Of a DNA stretch of 32,000 nucleotides, positions 25,556 to 32,000 are shown piece after piece. Source of the stretch: Candidatus Odinarchaeota archaeon (GTDB taxonomy: Archaea; Asgardarchaeota; Odinarchaeia; Odinarchaeales; Odinarchaeaceae). The translations under genes and the position numbers were made by a program. Location: the NCBI GenBank assembly GCA_016839265.1, contig JAEOUO010000003.1, positions 30,001-62,000 of the forward strand, in the 5' to 3' direction. Under the pieces are notes generated by a model, which was not told the DNA's origin, ran no database searches, and saw nothing but the letters and a program-made list of their open reading frames with translations. How positions within the stretch are numbered: the first letter of the stretch is position 1; the number at the start of each line of letters is the position of its first letter.

Positions 25556-27394
25556 TTATGTTTCAGTTGTCTTCTTCGTTTTTGTAATCATTTTGAGATA
25601 TAAGAATCCTGTTAAACCTGATATTAGTGAACCTAATAGAATACCTATTTTAGCCATATCTAACAGAATCTGGGAGGTGAAGGCTAGATTACTTATGAAA
25701 AGTGACATTGTGAAGCCGATGCCGCCTAGTAAAGCTGCTCCGTATATATGTTTCCAGTTAACTTCAGAGGGAAGGCTTGCCAATCCGAATTTAACTGAAA
25801 TATATGAGAAAAGTGTTATCCCTATTTGCTTGCCGAAAAACAAGCCGGCGACGATGCCTAGTGTTACAGGTTGAGTTAAAATAAATCCTACATCTAAACC
25901 TAAAAGATTAATTCCAGTGTTAGCTAAAATAAACAATGGAATTATAAGAAATGCAACCCAAGGGTGAATACTCTCTTGAAGCTTCACCATAAGCGGGACA
26001 GTCATATCACAAGCCTTATCGATTACGTTAACCGTTATATCCCTGTCAATATCTATTTCATTCCGTGAAAGGGGGACCTTCTTCTCTAATTGATTTAGCG
26101 ACGCGTAGCATACATCTAGAAACTCTGCTGACCCTAAAGCTCTTTTAGCAGGTATTACTAGAGCTAAAATTAACCCCGCTAAAGCCGGTTCAACCCCTGA
26201 TTCGAAGAAGCCGAACCATAAACCGACACCTAGTAGAGCGTATAATATCATATTTTTAGCTCCAAGATAGTTTATAGCAACAAGACTTGCTGCGAAAACA
26301 ACTATCACTATAAAGGCAGGTAGGTAAATCTTAGAAGGATAGAAGATAGCTATAGCGACAACCGCTCCAAGATCATCTATTATAGCAAATGAAGCGAGAA
26401 AAACCTTTAAACTATCAGGGATACCTCTACCGATTAATGTCACTATACCTAAAACAATAGCGATATCTGTCGCCATGGGAACCCCCCACCCTGTTATACC
26501 AACACCGCCCATGTTTAAAATAGAGTAGATTATTATCGGGAAGACCATGCCCCCTAAGGCTGCGAATAAAGGTAAAGCGAATTTTTTCAGAGATGTAAGT
26601 TCACCGACTAAAAACTCACGTTTAAGCTCTAATCCAACTAACAAAAAGAATATAGTCATAAGCCCTTCATTAATCCATAATCGTAAAGGTTCAGTGATTG
26701 AGAAAGACGCTATACTTAGAGTAATCTCCATCTCCCATAAATCAACATATAATGAACCTAAAATATTAGATAATACTAAAGCGATGGAAATACATAAGAG
26801 CAGTAATATACCGCTAGAGCTTTGCAGCTCTATAAACCTACGGAAAGGAGCGGTGAGCCTTTCAATAGGTTCAGTTCTCTTAAAAAATTTAAGCAGCCAG
26901 CTAGGTTTCCTACCCAGCTCTAAAACTTCTTTTATAGGTTTTCCTTTTAAAGACTCAGGTTTAAAAGTTTTAACAATAAAAGATTTAATCTCATCTCTCA
27001 TACGCCGAAAACTCTCTATATAAAGCTCCGGCTTATCTTCAAGTTGAAAACTAGCGTCAATACTTTTATGAATATATTTTTTACCGCCTGGAAAATACGG
27101 ACATGTTTCAAAAGCTTCATCACATAAGGTAACCACATAGTCGAAAATTCTCGTACCAATAATCTCATCTATACTTTTAGGTTTCTGCCCGGATATGTCG
27201 ATACCTATTTCCTGCATAACTTTAACAGCTAAAGGGTGAATGTCGGCGGGTTTTAAACCAGCACTGTACGCTTCATAGTAATCACCGTATAAATGATTCA
27301 ATAATGCTTCAGCGATCTGAGAGCGAACAGAATTAAATGTACTGATGAAAAGCACGCTCTTCTTTTCACTTTCACTCAAACAACCCACCGCCAA
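25556..27394 (-). CDS. nhaA: Fusion of an ArsC/LMW-PTP-like domain (degenerate active site) to an NhaA-type Na+/H+ antiporter
   Basis: N-domain FISTFNSVRSQIAE, SAG, SKPKS, VTLCDEAFETCPYFPG. NhaA motifs WINEGLM, GLELKRE, PMATDIA, AIIDDLGA, GKQIG and GIGFTMSLFI. Confidence 0.88.
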   Translation of the reverse strand: MAVGCLSESEKKSVLFISTFNSVRSQIAEALLNHLYGDYYEAYSAGLKPADIHPLAVKVMQEIGIDISGQKPKSIDEIIGTRIFDYVVTLCDEAFETCPYFPGGKKYIHKSIDASFQLEDKPELYIESFRRMRDEIKSFIVKTFKPESLKGKPIKEVLELGRKPSWLLKFFKRTEPIERLTAPFRRFIELQSSSGILLLLCISIALVLSNILGSLYVDLWEMEITLSIASFSITEPLRLWINEGLMTIFFLLVGLELKREFLVGELTSLKKFALPLFAALGGMVFPIIIYSILNMGGVGITGWGVPMATDIAIVLGIVTLIGRGIPDSLKVFLASFAIIDDLGAVVAIAIFYPSKIYLPAFIVIVVFAASLVAINYLGAKNMILYALLGVGLWFGFFESGVEPALAGLILALVIPAKRALGSAEFLDVCYASLNQLEKKVPLSRNEIDIDRDITVNVIDKACDMTVPLMVKLQESIHPWVAFLIIPLFILANTGINLLGLDVGFILTQPVTLGIVAGLFFGKQIGITLFSYISVKFGLASLPSEVNWKHIYGAALLGGIGFTMSLFISNLAFTSQILLDMAKIGILLGSLISGLTGFLYLKMITKTKKTTET

Positions 27395-27509
27395 AATTTT
27401 TTAAATTTTAGAGGGGAATAATGTAGGGAATCCATTATAAGATTTATAATTTATACTATTAAATATTTTGACAAACATTGACTTAAATAAATAGTTAATA
27501 TTTTAATAT

Positions 27510-28274
27510 TTATGAAAATCGTTTAAGAATAGTATGTTTGTGAATAGAAACCGCTACAATAAAAAATAAAACTCCAACGACAGCCAAAATTATTAAATCT
27601 AAATATAACGGATAATAATTCCCACCGCCGAGTGCAACCCTAGTTAAATCCACAAAATATGTTAACGGAGATATAGATGATAATATAATACCCCAACTTG
27701 GTAAAGCCGATAAAGGCGCGAACACCCCGCTGATAAATATCAACGGAAATCTGATAAGCGAAGTAAGCATCATAATAGTTGAAGGCATATCGGAAGGGGG
27801 ATAAGCTGAAAGTAGAATACTGAAAGCTGAAAAACACATTGTACCAAGGATTAAAACCCCCACTATGAGAAAATAGTTAATAAAAGCAACCTCTAAAATT
27901 AACCCTAAAATTAAAGGGATCAAAGATATTAAAAACCCGAAGAGGAAAGATGATAACACATCCCCTAAAAATATACTCCATAAACTAATAGGGGAACATA
28001 TTAATCGTTCAAGAGTTTTAAGACGGCTCTCCCATGGGGCAATCGTAGGACCTACAGATGTTGATGAGAAGAAAACAGTCATACCAAGCAAACCGGGAAA
28101 AGCTTCATGAAGTGAAATATTTCTACCAATAAAATAGGCTAAAAAAAGAAACATCGGTAAAACCACACCGAATATTATCACAGGCCCCTTACTATAGTAT
28201 ACTTTCACATTCTTTTTCACAATGAGAAGCGAACGTTTAAACTGATTTAAATAATAGCTTGAAGAATCACTCAT
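27510..28274 (-). CDS. ABC-2 type exporter permease
   Basis: Six hydrophobic segments, E...TLERL...P, FPLIFISGVFAP and PLTYFVD. Confidence 0.88.
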   Translation of the reverse strand: MSDSSSYYLNQFKRSLLIVKKNVKVYYSKGPVIIFGVVLPMFLFLAYFIGRNISLHEAFPGLLGMTVFFSSTSVGPTIAPWESRLKTLERLICSPISLWSIFLGDVLSSFLFGFLISLIPLILGLILEVAFINYFLIVGVLILGTMCFSAFSILLSAYPPSDMPSTIMMLTSLIRFPLIFISGVFAPLSALPSWGIILSSISPLTYFVDLTRVALGGGNYYPLYLDLIILAVVGVLFFIVAVSIHKHTILKRFS

Positions 28275-28279
28275 ATTTT

Positions 28280-29200
28280 TCAGCTCCCGGTTAATTTTAT
28301 AAACGCTTCTTCAAGAGAAGGAGACAAAGTATTCAAAGAAATTATTCTAATAGAATTATTCCTAGCGTAATCAACTATCCTATTAACTACACTGTCAACA
28401 TCCTCCACCACCACTCTTACACGCTCCCCGGAGACATTGAAATCACCGTTAACGGAGAGAGAAGCCAACTCTGTGAAGTCAGCGGCCTTATCAAAAATCA
28501 CTTCTAAAATTTTAAACCGTTCAGTTTTATCCCTTACATTATCCACAGTATCCGTTACAATGATTTTACCATGATGCATAATAGCCACTCGCTCGCAAAG
28601 CCTGCTAGCCTCATCCATATTATGAGTGGTTATGAATACGGTAACGCCGTTTTCATTCAATTTCTTTAAAACCTCTCTTATCAGGATAGTGCTCTCCACA
28701 TCTAACCCGGATGTAGGTTCATCTAATAAAAGCAAAATAGGCTCGTGGATTAAAGCCATACACACCAGCAGTCGCTGCTTCATACCCTTAGAGAATCCTT
28801 TAACAAGCTGGTTACGTCTATCAAAAAGCTTAAACTGTTTAAGAAGGCGCTCCCCCCTTTCCTCACATATCTTCTTAGGCACACCATATAAGCCGCCTAC
28901 AAGCATAAGATTATCCCAAGCGGATAAATCAATATAAGCATTAGACATTTCAGGCAGTATACCCATCAATTGTTTAGCTTTAATATGATCTCTAAGTATA
29001 TCCACACCGAATATTCTTATCACACCGCTATCAGGCTTAATTAAACCTGTGATCATACGCATAGTCGTTGTTTTACCCGCGCCGTTAGGACCGAGAAAAC
29101 CGAATATTTCACCCTCCTTAACGGTGAAAGAAACATTATCAACAGCTTTAATCGCGCCGAATGATTTACTCACATTTACAACTTCTATAGCGTTTCTCAT
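28280..29200 (-). CDS. ABC exporter ATP-binding subunit (DrrA/CcmA-like)
   Basis: GPNGAGKTT, FSKGMKQR, LLLDEPTSGLD, TTHNM and SLEEAF. ATG at 29200 is the likely start. Confidence 0.93.
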   Translation of the reverse strand: MRNAIEVVNVSKSFGAIKAVDNVSFTVKEGEIFGFLGPNGAGKTTTMRMITGLIKPDSGVIRIFGVDILRDHIKAKQLMGILPEMSNAYIDLSAWDNLMLVGGLYGVPKKICEERGERLLKQFKLFDRRNQLVKGFSKGMKQRLLVCMALIHEPILLLLDEPTSGLDVESTILIREVLKKLNENGVTVFITTHNMDEASRLCERVAIMHHGKIIVTDTVDNVRDKTERFKILEVIFDKAADFTELASLSVNGDFNVSGERVRVVVEDVDSVVNRIVDYARNNSIRIISLNTLSPSLEEAFIKLTGS

Positions 29201-29208
29201 AGTAATCA

Positions 29209-29236
29209 AATATCGATATTGATATCATATATATAA
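29209..29236 (-). promoter_or_regulatory. TATA box plus GATAT-N8-ATAT motif upstream of the ABC operon
   Basis: Minus strand TTATATATATGATATCAATATCGATATT; the same layout occurs upstream of padR. Confidence 0.45.
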
Positions 29237-29321
29237 GGCTTATGAAAATTAAAACATACAAGTAATAAAAGATTTAAATAGAATAAGAGAAAAGAATTTT
29301 AAAACTTAAAAGGTGATTTAA

Positions 29322-29693
29322 ATAGTAGATGACGAAAAAATTGCGATAATAGAATGCTCAGGCGCATCCAACACCGGGCAGATAACAAATGAAGTAGCTA
29401 AAAGACTACTCAAAGAATTTAAAAACTCTGTTCTAATATGCTTAGCAGCGGTGCCGTTGAAAGCTAAAAACACAATGGATAAAATAAGTCAAGCGGATAA
29501 AATCATAGTAATCGACGGCTGCCCTATTAAATGCGCCAGCCAGCTACTGGAAAAATACACTGATCGAAAACCAGATATAGAAACAAATATTATGGCAGAC
29601 TATAATGTTAAAAAGAATTCAGATCCCTTATCATATACCCAAGAAGACGTAGATAGAATAGTCCAAGATTTAATAAAACGTTTAAAAAGTTAA
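29322..29693 (+). CDS. DGC-domain putative Zn-binding protein; real 5' end is upstream of the ORF-track start and lacks an in-frame ATG/GTG/TTG
   Basis: In-frame upstream sequence reads DDEKIAIIECSGASNTGQITNEVA...ICLAAV, then IDGCPIKCA. An in-frame TAA sits at 29319-21, and an AGGTGA SD lies at 29311-16. Confidence 0.75.
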   Translation: MVDDEKIAIIECSGASNTGQITNEVAKRLLKEFKNSVLICLAAVPLKAKNTMDKISQADKIIVIDGCPIKCASQLLEKYTDRKPDIETNIMADYNVKKNSDPLSYTQEDVDRIVQDLIKRLKS

Positions 29694-29716
29694 AATAAGA
29701 ATTTTAAATTATTATT

Positions 29717-30844
29717 TCAACAATTATAGTTTACATCAGACAGATGCATATAATTGCCAACATCCACAATTTTACAACCAGAGCGGCGAACAGCCTCCAA
29801 ACATTGTAAGACATGACTTTTACTGGTTGAAGGTAAATCCATCGACTGGAAGCGAGGAGTAAAAGCGAGCAATCTGTATGGTATATCCGGGTTAACGCTA
29901 GCAATTAACACAGCTATCTGCTCAACTTCTTCAACAGACGTGTAGCCGGGGATTAACGGAGTGCTCACCATTATCAGAGGCGGCTTAGATCTATTCTTAA
30001 AAAACTTTGCAGCATACAAGAAACTACTGATAGCAGGCTTATTAGAAACCCCGCATAAAGCAAGGTTAAGCGGTTCACTATAGAATTTTAAGTCGAATTT
30101 CACGACTCCCCCGGATTTTAAAGCTAAACTAAGAATTGTTTTAAGTTGAGCGCGGTTCATTCCACCGTTAGTCTCCCAGCAAACTCTTAAAATCCGCCCC
30201 TCCCTTTCAGCCTTCTCTAAGGCTATGCGGCTGACAGCTATACTATGCGGTAGCTGCGGAGTTGGATCACCCCCGAAAAAACAGATGCAAGAAACTTTAT
30301 CATTCACTTGCCCAGCTAATTGTTCAGCGGATAAATATTTTCCTCCGCCGGTAACAGGTCGATGATGCCAGTTCTGACAGAATAAACAGTTAAAATTACA
30401 ACCCCTATAGAATACAGCTAGATTATAGTAACCGTATTCAGGTCCATTCCGGTAAGCGTACTTCGGGTAACCGCAACCTGTTCCAGCCGGACAGATAAAA
30501 TCAGCTACACAGTTAGTCGGTAAACTATCATAGTAAAAATCCAGTAACCCTTTACCAGGCGTCCCAGCTAATCTAACCAGGCGACCACCCCGGTTTTCAA
30601 ATAAACCACAGATACCTTTCTCTCCTCCACTGATTTTACAATGGTTTCCGCATCCGAAACATGTTAACCCCATCTTACTGGTAAGTTTACTCTCACCCAT
30701 ACTTAAGCGAAGAGCGTTAACTTTCTCAAAAATAATTTCCAGTGCTTCCTCCGGGGTTTTCAATATACACTCGCGGCAAACCCCGATACTACGGCTGACT
30801 GGAAGTCGATCCGAGCCACAGATACTACACTTCAAATCATCCAC
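29717..30844 (-). CDS. PflA/AmmeMemoRadiSam-like radical SAM protein
   Basis: N-terminal Cys clusters (CSIC, CREC, CFGCGNHC), YRGCNFNCLFCQNW, FFGGDP, WETNG and KFDLK. Confidence 0.82.
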   Translation of the reverse strand: MDDLKCSICGSDRLPVSRSIGVCRECILKTPEEALEIIFEKVNALRLSMGESKLTSKMGLTCFGCGNHCKISGGEKGICGLFENRGGRLVRLAGTPGKGLLDFYYDSLPTNCVADFICPAGTGCGYPKYAYRNGPEYGYYNLAVFYRGCNFNCLFCQNWHHRPVTGGGKYLSAEQLAGQVNDKVSCICFFGGDPTPQLPHSIAVSRIALEKAEREGRILRVCWETNGGMNRAQLKTILSLALKSGGVVKFDLKFYSEPLNLALCGVSNKPAISSFLYAAKFFKNRSKPPLIMVSTPLIPGYTSVEEVEQIAVLIASVNPDIPYRLLAFTPRFQSMDLPSTSKSHVLQCLEAVRRSGCKIVDVGNYMHLSDVNYNC

Positions 30845-31135
30845 CTATATCCTCCTACATTTAAAAATAACTGTGCCGCCATCAGTGTAAGGAGACCCAG
30901 GGTCCACGCATTGAAAATAATACACGCCAGGATTATCAGATGTAGTTAACCCTAGTTTAACAGGGTCAACACCCTCATTAATCGCTATAGCATAGTGTAA
31001 TATTACAGGTAACGCGTGAATACATAACGAGTTCGTTCTATCCAGAATAATTCTAGGAGGGTCAATAGTAATTCTGTCACCTGGTTTATAAACAGGGCAG
31101 CGGCCTTTAATTCTTTCAACTAAAACTTCAAACAT
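30845..31135 (-). CDS. TIGR04076-family small Cys-containing protein
   Basis: IKGRCPVYKPGDRI, LCIHAL and FQCVDPG...GGTVIF; abuts the radical SAM start. Confidence 0.75.
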   Translation of the reverse strand: MFEVLVERIKGRCPVYKPGDRITIDPPRIILDRTNSLCIHALPVILHYAIAINEGVDPVKLGLTTSDNPGVYYFQCVDPGSPYTDGGTVIFKCRRI

Positions 31136-31218
31136 CCTAGTTCACCTTTTAACAAGTAAATATTCGAATACTTGAAATAAAAGTTTAACATGATTTAAAG
31201 GAGAGTTTAATAATATGT

Positions 31219-31246
31219 TTATATATTAGATATCATGTTTAATATC
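31219..31246 (+). promoter_or_regulatory. TATA box plus GATAT-N8-ATATC inverted repeat upstream of padR
   Basis: TTATATATTAGATATCATGTTTAATATC read directly from the sequence. Confidence 0.45.
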
Positions 31247-31270
31247 AAATATGATAATAGAGGTATAAAA

Positions 31271-31822
31271 ATGTGCAATCCAAGACACTTCATCCATTGG
31301 AGCAGACATATAGCAACTGTTCCAAAAGGCTTCCTAAGATACCAAGTCCTGAAACTATTAGCTGAAAAACCACACTCAGGAAAAGAAATAATGGATAAAA
31401 TTCAACAACTAACAGAAGGAAAGTGGACCCCAAGCCCAGGCTCAATATACCCGCTACTAGCATTACTAGAAGACTACGGCTACATCCAACAGCTCCCAAA
31501 AGATGAAACAGGGAGAAAACCCTACCAGATCACAGAAGAAGGAAAAAAATTCCTCCAAGAACAAGAAAAACAACGAGAAGAATACAATCAAAACAGCATA
31601 GGATTATTCACACCATTCATATTCAACCACACCTGCCCGCAAATAAACCCTGAACAAGCCCTTAAAATAAAAGAAAACATAAAAAGAATATTCCAAACAC
31701 TATTCAAACTCAGAAAACACCTAACACAAAAACCAACAAACGAGAAAATCGAAAAAATAACCCAAATAATACAAAAAATAGCCGACACACTACAACAAGA
31801 AACAGAAAAACTAGAAGAATAA
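31271..31822 (+). CDS. PadR-family transcriptional regulator
   Basis: LRYQVLKLLAEKPHSGKEIM...WTPSPGSIYPLLALLEDYGYI...RKPYQITEEG. GAGGT SD precedes ATG 31271. Confidence 0.92.
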   Translation: MCNPRHFIHWSRHIATVPKGFLRYQVLKLLAEKPHSGKEIMDKIQQLTEGKWTPSPGSIYPLLALLEDYGYIQQLPKDETGRKPYQITEEGKKFLQEQEKQREEYNQNSIGLFTPFIFNHTCPQINPEQALKIKENIKRIFQTLFKLRKHLTQKPTNEKIEKITQIIQKIADTLQQETEKLEE

Positions 31823-32000
31823 ACTAAATATTCCAACTACAATCAAATCGAATAACCATGTATTCTTCCATATTCAGGTTTAATTCTAAGATAATAGAGA
31901 ACGGGGGTTCAAAATCTCGAAGCGCCTAGAATTATAATCGCTGATTTTCTCTTATTTTTACAAATAAATTTATGCACTCGAAATGTATAGAAAATTTTGA

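Noticed and set aside
27434-27450. ATTATAA-GAT-TTATAAT palindrome upstream of the arsC-nhaA fusion
   Set aside because: It is almost entirely A/T in an AT-rich spacer and overlaps the likely TATA region, so it is plausible by chance.
1013-31836. Many short antisense or overlapping ORFs in the track (e.g. 1013-1378, 2682-3107, 6451-6678, 16063-16323, 20448-20651, 26547-27023, 31588-31836)
   Set aside because: They lie opposite well-supported genes, lack motifs and SD sites, and are expected shadow ORFs.
1-32000. CRISPR arrays, tRNA or rRNA genes, IS elements
   Set aside because: I found no regularly spaced direct repeats, cloverleaf-like GC-rich segments, or transposase ORFs with terminal inverted repeats by eye. 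A tRNAscan/Infernal run would be needed to exclude small ncRNAs.

Overview
AT-rich archaeal chromosomal window, most likely from an Asgard archaeon. This is inferred from an eL22/RPL22e-like ribosomal protein, Asgard-style longin and uDENN-like proteins, a Tes-type lipid synthase and a KaiC-type ATPase; the lineage is not proven. I saw no rRNA, tRNA, CRISPR array or intact mobile element other than an intein. Main contents: (1) cobA plus a B12-dependent class II ribonucleotide reductase with a 366-aa intein at the catalytic Cys; (2) a Pel-like exopolysaccharide locus with a PelX-like epimerase, a deacetylase-PelG-like fusion and a PelF-type GT4, interleaved with longin/uDENN/KaiC genes and a catalytically dead tyrosine recombinase-zinc ribbon fusion; (3) housekeeping and cofactor genes (Nudix, Tes, DSP phosphatase, ATP-grasp, B12 radical SAM, eL22, CitG-like, SDR, HDAC, LipS-type radical SAM, GGR-family reductase); (4) an ArsC-NhaA fusion, an ABC-2 exporter, a DGC protein, a PflA-like radical SAM, TIGR04076 and PadR. 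The strongest observation is that the citG-like gene is interrupted by a 25-nt insert (20586-20610) that folds into a canonical bulge-helix-bulge (BHB) motif. Excision at the standard BHB cut sites exactly restores the reading frame and the conserved PKPGN motif, so this is a candidate tRNA-endonuclease-spliced mRNA intron.
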